Assembly: GCA_951406725.2 (NCBI GenBank)
Contig: OX597829.1
Location: forward strand, 52,638,001 to 52,702,000
Reading direction: 5' to 3'
From: Octopus vulgaris
Lineage: Eukaryota
Length of the DNA: 64,000 nt
Notes under the pieces: generated by a model
Database searches by the model: none
Seen by the model: the letters and a program-made list of their open reading frames with translations, nothing else
What the model was told of the DNA's origin: nothing
Shown here: positions 1-13,453 of the stretch, piece by piece
Layout: every line of letters starts with the position of its first letter
Numbering within the stretch: position 1 is the stretch's first letter
Program-made: the position numbers and the translations under genes

Positions 1-765
1 AGACTACAAAATGTGGGACTCTGTGAAAAGCCATTTCCAGGCTGATGAAGGAGAGATATTGTAGCTCAGTACTTCTCTTGCATTTGTCTCACTTGAAGAT
101 GGCATCAATGGTATCTCTTCCTCGCACAAACTTTATATCTCATCAAGGTTAATTCTCTTACAATTTAGTTGTATAACTCTTTCACTAACCTTCATAACCT
201 GGTCTATTTAGAGTAGCGCATTTTGCTTGTTTGTGCAGTACTTGATGCTACACTTGGCATTGGGCATGGCACCTGCATGTCCTTACTGATTGGTTGTGCA
301 TGATAGTCTTGATATATTAGATATTTGAAGTATCTCAGCAGCTACAATTGTGGCCCATCCCTGCCTTTGTAACCTTAACCATACTTTTGACTATATTTAT
401 CGTAATATGTGTCAATGGCAAGTCTGAGGTACTCCACCTCTCTCTTTTACTCTTTCAGTCTCCCAATCACCTCTCATAATAATATTACCGTCTTTTCAGT
501 GTCAGTAAGGGAAAAAAATATGTTGCCTCTTGTTCTGTTCACACAGTTTCCATCTGCCAAATCCACTCACAAGGCTTTGGTCTGCTCGAGGCTATAGTAG
601 AAGGCATTTGCCCAAGGTGCCATGCAGTGGAACTGAACCCAGAATCACATGGTTGGTAAGCAAGCTACTTACCACACAGCCACTCCTGCACCAATTTATT
701 TATGTTTTGGTAGAGTGGGTGGGGTAAGGTATTGAAACCTGCCCTTGCCAATCCTTACTCTAGAT

Positions 766-1212
766 CAGTGCTTCCCAAACTTTTTTCTCTGGTCCGCTTT
801 TTCGGAATTAATATTTTGCTCATGCCACACCAAAGGTCCAGAGAGAGGGTTAAAGGGAAATAATCGCAGATTCGAAATTGGAACTTTGTCATTGATAACT
901 ATCTCCTTCCATTTGCAGACCATAGTTACTATATTCTAAGTACTTGATATAAAATGCAAAAGTATCACAATGAAAAAAAAAAAAAAATCAATCAATAATT
1001 ATTTATAATTATTTATACTGGCATTCATGCATACAATTACAAGTAATCCATAATATTTTTTTAAAATTTTGAAATCATATCTATTTTTGTTATATGATTT
1101 TTTTTTTTTAAAACTGTTTCCAGCTGTTTGATTATCCTTCAATCATTCTGCCTCACCTGCTATCCTCTTCCGCTGCACCTGTGTGGCATGCCACACCATT
1201 TGGAAACCACTG
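766..1212. mobile_element. hAT (Charlie-like) MITE
   Basis: Termini CAGTGCTTCCCAAAC...TTTGGAAACCACTG; 8-bp TSD CTCTAGAT (758-765) / CTCTAGAA (1213-1220). Confidence 0.8.
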
Positions 1213-2031
1213 CTCTAGAATGGAGAAAGCTTGACCTTAAATACTATGGAGTGGCATCCAGTTTGGGAATTGGTTGAGCATTCAGTCCCAAAGTTAGGCG
1301 CTAGACTCTCCAAGATCTCCCTCTCTCTCTCTCATGTATATCTCTGATATCTTTTCTCCTCAGGGTAGTCTCAGTTCTTCTAACCTCTCCCAGTAATTGA
1401 GGTAATCCGCTAGGTGTAAGAGTGATGGATTGCCTTGGGGGTCTACAGTTTGTTTGATGCCATGTAGTAATCGCAGTTGGGAGCGATAGTCCAAGTGACT
1501 GACAACAAATGTATTCCACATTATCAGTTTGGTTCCCTTTTTATTTCTTGTTTGGAAAAGAATCAGAATCTAGCCAAGCAGCCAGCCAGCCATATTGTTG
1601 CCATTGTAGTAATATTGATACTAAACGATGCAATATTACTGACATGGATTTCCGGATTATTTAATAATTGTGTCTCCAAGATTGTAATGCTCCTTTGCTC
1701 TGTATATTCTGTCTGTCATTTGTTTGTACACTATATGCATGTGTGTGTGTGTGTGTGTGTGTTGTGTTTGTGTGTGCATGTGTGGAATAAGAAAAACACT
1801 AGTATGAGGTGTGTCATTTGTTTGTAGACTGTGTTTGTGTATGATGAGAAAAGCACCCAGTATGAGGTGTGGCTGTGTTGTAAGAAGCTTCCTCCTCAAC
1901 CACATGGTTCCAGGTTCAGTCTCACTCTATGGCACTTTGGGCAAGTGTCTTCTACTTATAACCTCGGGCCGATCAAAACCTTGTGAGTGGATTTGGTAGA
2001 CGGAAACTGAAAGAAGCCCATTGTGTGTATG

Positions 2032-2066
<35 letters not shown>

Positions 2067-2402
2067 TTGTGTGTCTTTGAGTCTTTGTCCCCTACCACTG
2101 CTTGATCACCAAAGCGACTGACAGAATAAGTATCAGTCTTAAAAAAATAAATATTGGGGTCAATTCATTCGACTAAAGATTCTTCAGAGTGGTGCCCCAG
2201 CATGGCCGCAGTCTTTTGGCTAGAGCAAATAAAAGATAAGAACACACTGTAAAGTGGTTGGCATTAGGAAAAGCATCCAGCTATAGAAACCATGTCAGAG
2301 CAAACACTGGTGCACAAGTGCCATCCTTGGAACCATCAAATCTTTTGTCAAACCATCCGGCTCATGTCAGCATGAAAAGCAGATGTAAAATGATGATGAT
2401 GA

Positions 2403-2439
<37 letters not shown>

Positions 2440-3693
2440 TTAGATGATATTAAAAAAAAGATAGGATAACTTCTCAAGTAGTCATTTCCTAAGATGCCAT
2501 ACTTTTCATAATTTTGAGGTACTTGAGTATTTATCCTACATTTTTTACATTATGCTGTGTGTGTACGTGCACGCGTGCATGTGTGTGTGTGTGTGTGTGT
2601 TTGTGTAATAGTATTTGTACAGAAATAGTACATTGCTCTTTATTCACCAGAACTGTGGTGAAAGGCATGATTATTCTGTTTCTGTTTCGGACCTAGTATA
2701 TCTAGGACTACATTACCCAATGCATTCCTCCCTTTTAAGATAATAGTGTGATTTAAGGAAGATTTGGATGTTATTTCTAGCAGATTGAATGACCAAGTAA
2801 ATTAAGGGTGCAAAACAAACATCCTTGCCCAAGGAAAAATTCTGTTTATATCCAATTGGAATTTGTTTGTATTCAAATTGAAATTGCCTGATGATTAAAT
2901 TTCTAAAAATAAAAATAAAAAAAAAGAAATCCATGATAAAGAAAAATATTAAAAAAAAAATTGTATTCAGACCTTAACAGTAATTTAATATGTTGCATAT
3001 TTATGAATTTATAAAACCAAAAAGTTATTTTTCTCAGCCACACATGTGTCCCTTATAGTTTGTTATGTACTTGAAATTTCCTGCTCAATGCTACAAAGAA
3101 AGAAAAAAAAAAAGAGGAAAAAATACCAAAAAAAAAGTAAAAAGTTCCCCCCCTCATAATGTAGAAGTTCCCGTCTTTGGCTCATGTAACTACTTATTTT
3201 ATCATCACATGGCAAGACATACTAATTGAATCATTTATGTCACTGGTTTCCACTAGCCTTAATTTGTTTTACTTCATTCCTGGCTACACAGGAATGTCCA
3301 CGAATTAACCAGTTTAAACTTTTGATTGTTTACCCACCAGTTCATTAAAGTTCTTCACTATAATAATATTGTTCTTGCCAACAATTCTACCAAGTAGTTC
3401 TAAGCGGCGTTATATAGCCTCGAAGTTATTTTTCTTTTCTTGCCTTTTTACTTCAGATCGTTCTACAACCTACCCAGGCATTCTTCTTTTATCTCGTTAC
3501 TTTGTTTCAGTCATTAGACTGCGGCCATGCTGGAGCACTGTGTTAAGGAATCTTCAACGAATGGGTCAAAACACTGCCTCCCCGACCACCCCAGTACTTT
3601 CATATTTTGAAATTTTTTTTTAAAGCCAACTACTTACTTTATCTGTCTCTCTTTGCTGAACCACTAATTTTTAGGGACATAAACACACCAACA

Positions 3694-3909
3694 AAGGTGG
3701 CGAGCTGGCAGAAACGTTAGCATGCTGGGCAAAATGCTTAGTGGTATTTTGTCTGTCTTTATGTCCTGAGTTCAAATTCCGCCACGGCCAACTTTGCCTT
3801 TCATCCTTTCAGGATGAATAAATTAAGCACCTGTTATGTATTGGGGTCGATCTAATCAACTGGCCCCCTCCAAAAAAATTACGGACCTTGTGCCTAGAGT
3901 TGAAAAGAA
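3694..3909 (+). mobile_element. Family B SINE nested in a minus-strand family A SINE (~3487-3965)
   Basis: Perfect 14-bp TSD TAAACACACCAACA at 3680-3693 and 3910-3923. Confidence 0.85.
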
Positions 3910-4249
3910 TAAACACACCAACACTGGTTGTCAAGCAGGGGTGAAGAGGCACACACACACACACACACGTATGTATTATATTTCAAGTATCTATTCACAC
4001 ATGACGGAAGCCCAAATGCAAACCTAGAAGTATGTATAATACCACTACTGATAACACAGGGTGAAATCTGAAGGTGGATGAGCTTTATACTGTACTCTAC
4101 TACATTCTTAACAGAATATACCGGAACTATATATACCCTCCTCCTCCTCCTTCTTCCCTTCCTTCCTGAGCGTCCAATAATACTATATTTGTTCCAAGTC
4201 TTCGCATTGTTGTGTTTTCATGTTTGGATTAACTTTATATATATATATA

Positions 4250-4628
4250 CTCTTTACTCTTTTACTTGTTTCAGTCACTTGACTGTGGCCATGCTGGAGC
4301 ACCGCCTTTAGTCGAGCAAATCAACCCCGGGACTTATTCTTTGTAAGCCCAGTACTTATTCTATCGGTCTCTTTTGCCGAACCGCTAAGTGACGGGGACG
4401 TAAACACACCAGCATCGGTTGTCAAGCAATGCTACGGGGACAAACACAGACACACAAACACACACACGCATATATATATATATACGACAGGCTTCTTTCA
4501 GTTTTCATCTACCAAATCCACTCACGAGGTATTGGTCGGCCTGGGGCTATAGCAGAAGACACTTGCCCAAGATGCCACGGAACCATGTGGTTGGTTAGAA
4601 AGCTACTTACGACACAGCCACTCCTGTG

Positions 4629-4630
<2 letters not shown>
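4250..4630 (-). mobile_element. Family A SINE
   Basis: Reverse complement of the 20918-21333 sequence. Further copies at ~545-690 (-), 1865-2240 (+) and 4700-4850 (-). Confidence 0.85.
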
Positions 4631-4663
<33 letters not shown>

Positions 4664-5674
4664 TCATCATCATCATCATCATCATATATATATATATGAC
4701 AAGCATCTTTCAGTTTCTGCCTACCAAACCCACTCACAAGGCTGTGGTGAGTTCAGGGCTATAGTAGAAGACACTTGCTGATGGTGCCATGCAGAGGTAT
4801 TGAACCTGAAACCACGTGATTGGGAAGCAAAACTTCTCACTACACAGCCACTTTTTTCCTTTTTTTTTTTTAAAGAATCTTTCAGCCTATTTCTTTTGCA
4901 ACTGCTATGTTTTATCTCCATCTAAAATACACACAGGGACAAATTCAAAGCATTATTTATCCTTTCGACGAGTCTCAGCTTGAGAGCCGTGGCCATGCTG
5001 GGGCACCACTGTATATTTCCCGGCAACCAGTAGCATTCTGATAATGTAGAATGCTGTGCTTTTGTGTTTCACTGTATGTAACATGTAAAACGGGTTTAAT
5101 TAAGTTGGTAATATGATATGAATTACCATATGCTAGTGTCACATGAAAAGCAGCCATGTAAGAAGCATCCATGCTGGTGTCGTGTAAAAAGCCCTCATAC
5201 TGGCGCCAAATAAAAAGCACCTGTGCTGGTAGCACACAAGAAAGCACCTGTGCTGCTGGCACACCACCTGTGCCAGTGTCACGTAAAGAAGAACTTGTGT
5301 TGGTACCACATAAAGAAGAACCGGTGCTGGTGTCATGTAAAAGAGCACCCATACCAGTGTCACACAAAAAGCACCTGTGCTGGTCTCATTTAATATACAC
5401 CCATGCATTAAAAAGGGCTTCCAGCTGTAGGAAACCATGCCAAAGCATAACTGGTGCCTGGTGCCAGCTCCTATCAGACTGTCTAACCCATGACAGCATG
5501 GAAAGACAGATGTTAAATGGTGATGATGAATTTAGTTAAAATATTTTTGTTGTTATTAAGATGCTAGTTGGAACTTTTTAAACATGAAATTTCAATGGAA
5601 GGTTTTAATTTATTACGGAGATGTACTTGCATAGCAAGTGATTTGATCTGAAATCGTGTGCTGAAACGAAAACA

Positions 5675-5828
5675 ATTGCAGCGTGGAAGGTGTTTGTAAG
5701 CCATTTAAGAAACACACAAAGCTGTTCGATTCACTTCAACATTTAAAATATTTTGACAAATTAAACTTAAATGTTGAAGTGAATTGAACGACTTTTGTGT
5801 GTTTCTTAAACACCTTCCATGCTGCAAT
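5675..5828. repeat. Fold-back (palindromic MITE-like) element
   Basis: ATTGCAGCGTGGAAGGTGTTT...TTCACTTCAACATTTAA versus TTAAATGTTGAAGTGAA...AAACACCTTCCATGCTGCAAT, with an ~11-nt indel between the arms. Confidence 0.85.
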
Positions 5829-7691
5829 GGTTTTAATTAGTTTTATTTTAAAACAGAAATTTTATATCATAGGACCAAGGGGCAGTCTTGGGCAAGTTGG
5901 TATGAAAAGTATGAATAATTGTAATGGCTGTCAAACTTTTATCCTTCTTTCTTGAGATATTTCTATGTTGTATATTAGTTTCAAATTTTGGCACAAGGCC
6001 AGCAATTTCAACATGGTAAACTGATCACATCAATCTAAGACTTATTTTATTGACCCTGCAAAGGTGAAAGACAAAGTTGACTTTGGCACGATTTGAACTC
6101 AGAATATAAAGTCACCAGAAATTCCACTTAGCATTTTACTCTAACCATCCTGCAAGCTTGCTGTCATCTTTCTTTCTTTTTATTTACATTAAACTGAATT
6201 TATTCCGTTTCCTATTTTTTTTTTTGTTTTAAATTCTTTTACACACCTGAACATTTCAGTTTCATTAGTGGTGGATTGGCAAAGTTGTTTTGGCATTGAA
6301 CAGAATTCTTTCTTGATATTTGTCCTGCTCCCTGCATTCCAAGTTCAAATCCTATTGAAGCCAACTTTACCTTTCATCTTTTCGGGGTCAATAAAATCTA
6401 GCACTGATCCATGGTGGTGGATTGGTAGAACTCTAAGAACATTGAACCAGATGTCTTGTGATAATTTGTTCAAATATCACAAAGGCATCTAGTTGAGCTG
6501 TGAGTTCAAATTCTGCCTTTGCCTACCTGGGTGCCAGGCTTAATGCATCACCCAATTCAACACCAATGATTAGTGACTTATGTGCTTTAGTGTGGTATAT
6601 TCTGTTGCAAGCATTTGTACCAGGTTTACAGAGTGAGGATACTTTTTGCCCTCCCTGCCTCCCTCCCTGCCTGCCTCCCTCCCTCCCTCCCTCCCCCTGC
6701 CTCCCTCCCTGTTTGGGAAGCCTTGTAACAGGTCATGGACACTGCCATTAATATTGACTAAAACGCCAAAATAACAAAATAAAATAACAAAAAAATAGAA
6801 AAGAATTTAGTGAATCATTGTTGAAAATCTGCTTCACTCTGTCATTATTCCTTTGATATATTCTGCAGAAAAATCTGTGATATGTCTCAGGTTAAAAAAA
6901 AAAATTAAAAGAGAGAGAGAGAGAGAGAGAGAGAAGGTGAAGTATGTTATTACTTCTGTGGCAAAGTATTTCTGTTAAACATTTTTTTTTGTTTTTTCTG
7001 TCATACCAAATTCTTCCATTATGCATCTCACTCGGTACCTGCATTTTTTAATTTTATTCCATTAAAAAAAAAGCCCAAAAGTAATAAATACAACTTTGGT
7101 TTTTCTGCATTAGTATTGCTCAAACAGTTTTGAAAATGTAGACATTATTGAACTGTTGGAACTAAGTCTGTTGATTGTGTGTTACATGTAGCTTGTAATA
7201 GTGAAACACAGCTAGCTTGATTAACTTGAAGAAGCGTACACAACAATTATGATGTTGTACCTGTCTTAGAGGCACCTTGTAATTGCCATTGAAGGTGCTT
7301 CAAACACCCAGTCATTGAATCATAAGCCTTGTACTTTTGGCCTACTCAGCCATCAATACCTCTTCGTTTAACATTGATTGGTAAATATTTTCCTTGGCAG
7401 TGAATCCAGTGACTGGCTTGCTTTGTCATCGCTTTGATTCTCCTGCTTCTTTTGCATCGTCCCGCTTCCACATCTTTTGACATATTTAAGAATCTATTTC
7501 TTGGCATTCCTTTGTAATTATTCTTGCTTTCTCTCTTTCTAAGTGCAACCTGCCCAGTCTTTCTTCTGCAACGTTTCTTGCACTAGAATTCCCTGCCTCA
7601 GTTCATTCTCATTTTGCATGCATCGAAGTAAAATGTAAATTTCCCATAACTCACCCACTCTTCTGCAAGAAAACTTCATATGATCCCCCTG

Positions 7692-7724
<33 letters not shown>

Positions 7725-8344
7725 TAGAATCCTTCCATGATCATCCAGCTGGAAAAAACTCTTCTCCAGTAGAATGGTTTATAGAGACGTCTGTGTGTGT
7801 GTGTGTGTGTAAATGTTTGCATGTTTGTGCAGATGTGTATTAGAGTATGTGTAAATGTGTATATGTGTGTGAATGTGTTTGCATTTGTGGAGATGTTTTT
7901 GTCTGCGTGTTTGTGTAGTTTGCGTTTGCATCTACATGCTCGTAAATATGTGCATACACTCATGAGGTCTATGAATGTGTCTGCGTGCACACACACACAC
8001 ACACACACGTACATCTGATGTTATTAGTTTTGATATACAACTCATGTCAGTTTAAGCAGACATACATTAATTGTTTATGGGTATTCACTCTCTTATTAAA
8101 GAAGGTAAAAAAAAAATTTTGCTTTATTTTGTATTTCATTAGGTTCAGCAACAGTTTAAAAAGAAAAATAAGAATCTCTCGTTAGATTCACTACTACTTT
8201 CTATTAGCATTCCTTTTAGAATTAAGCAAGGAGAGAAACCAATTTGTCCAAGAATTCAGTATCTGTGGTAGAAGTATTGTTTCCAACCATGTAACTGTTG
8301 TAGAATGTTCTAGGTATGACTTTAAATTGCATCTGGTTGTGGGG

Positions 8345-8602
8345 CTCTGGTGTGGGAGTTGTGGGTCTCTGGCGTGGGAGTTGTGGTGCTCTGGTGTGGG
8401 AGTTGTGGTGCTCTGGTGTGGGAATTGTGGTGCTCTGGTGTGGGAGTTGTGGTGCTCTGGTGTGGGAGTTGTGGGACTCTGGTGTGGGAGTTGTGGTGCT
8501 CTGGTGTGAGAGTTGTGGGTCTCTGGTGTGGGAGTTGTGGTGCTCTGGTGTGGGAGTTGTGGGTCTCTGGTGTGGGAGTTGTGGTGCTCTGGTGTGAGAG
8601 TT
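8345..8602. repeat. 22-bp G-rich minisatellite, about 12 units
   Basis: Unit CTCTGGTGTGGGAGTTGTGGTG with a GGGT variant. It generates the repetitive ORFs at 8222-8673. Confidence 0.95.
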
Positions 8603-8699
8603 CCCGTGTTTTGAGGAGTGTGGAATCACCCCTTGACCCCTATTGTTCTCAAGACTACTCTGATCCACAGTAGTAACACCTGTCAGGGTCCCAGTTGTG

Positions 8700-9460
8700 G
8701 GTTAATTAGGATATTGGGGGCTTCCTAGCTATGCATGTGAAGACTGGATCAAGCATACTCTGCAGAAGAAACCATCATAGTTCAACTGAGGGGACGACAG
8801 CTGCAGCAGTGCATGAGGAAGTGCAGAGAGCAAACTGAGGCAAGTAATACATCTTGGGCCATCCACTGCATCTGTCCCCATCTCTGGTCATCTTGAACCG
8901 GTCTTTCCACCAGAATGAAGATAGTCATTAAGGTGGCGAGCTGGCAGAATCATTAGCACACCGGGCGAAATGCTTAGCAGTATTTCATATGCCACTACGT
9001 TCTGAGTTCAAATTCCGCCGAGGTCGACTTTGCCTTTCATACTTCCGGGGTCGATTAAATAAGTACCAGTTATGCACCGGGGTCGATACAATCTGCTTAA
9101 TTCGTTTGTCTGTCCTTGTTTGTCCTCTCTGTGTTTTAGCCCCTTGTGGGTAGTAAAGAAATATGTATTTCGTCTGCAGCTACATTCTGAGTTCAAATTC
9201 CACCAAGGTTTGACTTTGCCTTTCATCCTTTTGGGGTCGATAAATTAAGTACCAGTTACGCACAGGGGTCGATACAATCTACTTAATCCGTGTGTCTGTC
9301 CCTTGTTTGTCCTCTCTGTGTGTAGCACCTTGTGGGTAGTAAAGAAATAAGAATGCAGATAGTCAGAGACGAGAGAGTGAGACTGACAATGTGCAGGTCT
9401 TCTTCACCTTAAATGAAATCACTGTGCTCTTAAGGATGACTAAGCTGGTCCTTGTTGTTC
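8700..9460 (-). mobile_element. RTE-like LINE 5'UTR fragment split by a SINE
   Basis: Minus strand CAGTCTCACTCTCTC...TCAAGATGACCAGAGATGGGGACAGATGCAGTGGATG resembles RTE 5'UTR sequence as I recall it; not searched. Confidence 0.4.
8928..9349 (+). mobile_element. Family B SINE, partial tandem dimer
   Basis: Head AAGGTGGCGAGCTGGCAGAATC, B-box-like GAGTTCAAATTCC, core GGGGTCGATTAAATAAGTACCAG. The 3' two-thirds is repeated at ~9166-9349. 16-bp TSD AGAATG(A/C)AGATAGTCA at 8912-8927 and 9350-9365. Confidence 0.85.
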
Positions 9461-10704
9461 TAACAGATGAACATGTACATTTGTTATAGAGAGTATGAAC
9501 TTATGGTGATATTCAAAAGACAACTGGTTAATAGACCTAATTCTTTGTACATTCTTAGAACTTCATCTTCACTCCACTCTCGTCGTAGACATAATTTTAT
9601 TAGATTAAATACATGTAGTTATGTGTTTGTATATATTTATTTATTGGTAACCTATATTATGCAGATACTCATATAATTCTGTCCTACCATTATTTTTGCA
9701 CCATTATGTAAATGAGTTGTACCAGAAGTTTCATTTGCATTTTAACAAGTAGCCTTCATTTACCATTATTGAGAAGAAAGGAGTGAATGAATCTTGATGG
9801 ATTGTTGAATAATAATAAAACCACTTGGTTCTGTCCCCATCTAAGGCCTTACCAAAGAAAAGATTCTTTTTGTCCTAACCTTAAATTCAAAGTGAGACTA
9901 AATATGCATTAAATATGTATGGATGTGCATGCTTAAATTTTATTGGTTTATTGCAGTTCAGTTGCTTAAAGAGAGACAACTGCACCACAGGTTACTGCGA
10001 TGGTTCAGTTGCTGTTTGCTCAAAACATTTTGGATCATTTAAAGCACTTACAAAGCACCCACCCAGTACACTCTGTAAAGTGTTTGGCATTATTAGGAAG
10101 GGCATCCAGCCATAGAAACCATGCCAAAACAGACATTGGAACCGGGTGCAGCTCCTGGCCTTACCAGCTCCTGTCAAACCATCCAATCCGTGCTGGGAAA
10201 GAGGACATTAAATGACGATGATGATCATCATGATGATGATCATCATGATGATGATACTAGCAAAGTTGTTTGCTATCTTGATTTTCTTTTGGCTGATCTG
10301 AAAATGGCAAATAAAAAAGACAACCAGAAAAAATTTGCAGCATACAGAGATATATGCATGCAGTTTAATCAAATGTGATTCTCTGAGAATGTTGCCTTTA
10401 CCATAAGCAGATTGACATCCGTGTGCTGCAGCGTGTATTATGTAGTTGCTGTGTTTCAGACATTTGACACAGTCCAATGCAGAGAAATAAATAACATATG
10501 ATGGATGATGCAATAGAAGTGATTTAACCCAGGATAGGCAATATCGGAAATGATATATATATTTGTATAGCCCCTCGTTGAGCTGAGTGACACAGTGGAA
10601 GTGTGCTGGGTGGGACTGTTGATTGAAACTATAATCCGTGAAGAAATGGAAGCTATTTTTGATAGTTATACATTTTGGCTGATTTATCTACAAGTATATC
10701 AACC

Positions 10705-10742
<38 letters not shown>

Positions 10743-10914
10743 ATATGTATATGTACTTACAGGGATAGGTAGAAATTATTTTATGCAGCAGAAATTTATT
10801 CAGGGTCAAGGGGGTCATCAAGTGATTTGGGTACACACCAAAACCTAAGTTGTGGGTCAATGACAGCAACAACAACAACAGGACTTTTTGCTTAGTATAT
10901 AAGATATACGTGTT

Positions 10915-10953
<39 letters not shown>

Positions 10954-13130
10954 ATCACTGTATTGATCAGACTGTCAGATGTTGTTATACATTGCTGGTC
11001 ACAATATTCTTCCTTGCATTGTTGTAGCTGTTGACTGATGCCCTTCTGTTGCTTTGGCAGGCAAGCCAACGCTCCCCCTGAATGGGGTACCCATCTATAG
11101 GGTTACCCATGTATATGGGAGAAATTACAATAAACACAAGTTTATATCATTTATTCCCCACACATGTTTCACCATTGTGGTTGTTTGGAATCTAAGCATT
11201 GGATTCTCTAAGAGCAGTTGAATGCTTAACCGCTATAGATTATCAGAGAATACTTTAATTCTTCCTCTGTATATCATGACCAAAATACTACAAAGTAGTT
11301 GCTTAACCACAATGCTAGAAACAGACTGGATGATGATAATCTACAAAGAGCTCTAAACTTAATTGAACCAGTTGTACACCTAATTGTACACATGATATAT
11401 GCCAGTACATGTACACACACACACACACACACACACATTTCTCACTCTGTAAATTGACTTCTGTTAGGAGCTGGATCTAATGGTAGAAAGCTGGCTAGAT
11501 AAAATACACGAGTGAGGCACAGTACCCTGCCCCTATCTCCGATACATTTTGGACAGTAACTCTAAGTTCCAACTTGGACCCGAAACCCATTCTCCCAGCC
11601 ATGCCAGCTTAGAAATTGGATGTAAAAAATGATACTGATGTGTGTGTGTGTGTTTAATTTATTTAACAAATATCGGATTTATCCATTTTGTAAATTGTAA
11701 GAAAGCGATGTAGGAAAAACCCTGTTATAGTAAACCTTATGTTTGTATTGAAGAATCTTAGTGTAGGCTATGTTGCTTTTCACTCTTCAACATCTCTACA
11801 AATCAACAGACAAACATCAAAGCGGTGGTGGTGGTGGTGGTAATAGGGCTCTATACAATTGCTCTTTAATTACCTTCAAACCACAACATAGCATTCATCA
11901 TCATCATCATCATTATCATGAAACATATGTTTTTCATGCTTGCATGGGTTGGACCGGTTGACAGGATCTGAAGAGCTGCAGAACTGGATTGAACTTCAGT
12001 GTTTGCTTTGGCATGGTTTTTGCAGTTGGATGCCCTTCTTAGCGTGACCTTATAATAATAATAATGATGATGATGATGATGATGATGATGATAATAAAAA
12101 AGCACATGTTGAGAAATGTACTCTTGGACATCATTTATTGAAATCAAGATATGTTGGTCATGCTTGGAATATTTTAGTTATTGGCCTGCTGAGCCTAGCC
12201 TTAGCAGCAACAAGCACACACACACACACGCTCTCCTCTCTCTCACTCTCACTTATTCAGTTAATTAATTTTGTCATGAAATGTATAAAAGGTAAATCAG
12301 TTTCAATTTTTGGCACAAGGCCAGTAATTCTGGAGGAGGGGTAAGTCAATTACATTGACCCCAGTGCATAACTGGTATTTATTTTATAGACCCTGAAAGG
12401 ACGAAAGTTGACTCTGGCAGAATTTGAACTCAAAATGTAAAAATAGAGAAAATGGCACTAAAATATTTTGCTCGCTGTGCTAATGGGTCTGCCAACTCAC
12501 TGGCTTAGAATGTACAAGATATATATTCTTTTCTACTCTAGGCACAAGGCCTGAAAATTTTGGGGAATTTGAACTCAGAACGTAAAGACAAATGAAATAC
12601 CTCTAAGTATTGCACCCGGTGTGCTAATGTTTCTGCCAGCTCACCACCTTGTATAAGATGTATATTAAAAGACGATGGTAAAGATAAGACAAGTCGGAGG
12701 AAGACACAAGGGAGATGGCGATAAATGAGTGTTTATGGGTATGTGTGAGCGTGCATCCAAACATGCATGTGGCAATAGTCAAATATGGCCTAAGCCATAA
12801 TAGCTAAAACAGAGATAAGGATTAAAGAAGATGTACATTTATGTGCATGCACGCACACACACACACACACACACACATGTGGGTTCATGAATACCGATAC
12901 ACACCATACGTACATATTTGGGCATGCACACAGAGATTTCCTAGAAGCGATTTTTGTAATCTAGGACATTTGATTGCTTCTGGTTAAGTGTTCATCTTAA
13001 TGCTGTCACAAGACCAAAGCAGGGTGCAATAGTCCAGGCAATTGAGATGAACCACTTTCCACAGGATCAATTCAACTTCCTGTTTTACTGTAAATAATCT
13101 TACAACCAATCCTGCCTGTCATATATATAT

Positions 13131-13334
13131 ACCGGAGTAAACACATAAATGTGGAGCAAGGTGGAAAAAAAAGTACTCAAATACCAGAGGTAGAGTAATA
13201 TGCTTTATTTAAAAGCAGCAGAAATTTAACAAAAGCTGTTACTTGGAATTTCACGTTCCTGTCTGACGAACGGGAACGTGAAACTCCGAGTAACAGCTTT
13301 TGTTAAATTTCTGCTGCTTTTAAATGAAGTATAT
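13131..13334. mobile_element. Penelope-like pLTR fragment in inverted arrangement
   Basis: 65-bp inverted arms at 13198-13262 and 13270-13334, flanked by (TA)n, carrying the hammerhead motif. A homologous copy lies at ~44100-44330. Confidence 0.6.
13259..13296 (+). ncRNA. Minimal type I hammerhead ribozyme motif (Penelope-like type)
   Basis: CTGT (stem I) - CTGACGA (core) - ACG GGAA CGT (stem II with GNRA loop) - GAAA - CTC C GAG (near-palindromic stem III) - TA - ACAG (stem I'). All core nucleotides are present. The cleavage triplet is GUA, with the predicted cut after 13292. Confidence 0.75.
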
Positions 13335-13365
13335 ATATGTATGTGTGTATATATATATATGTATG

Positions 13366-13453
<88 letters not shown>

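Noticed and set aside
40-125. CTGATGA near the window start as a second hammerhead
   Set aside because: No stem II, GAAA or stem III could be built; the other CTGANGA occurrences I inspected also failed.
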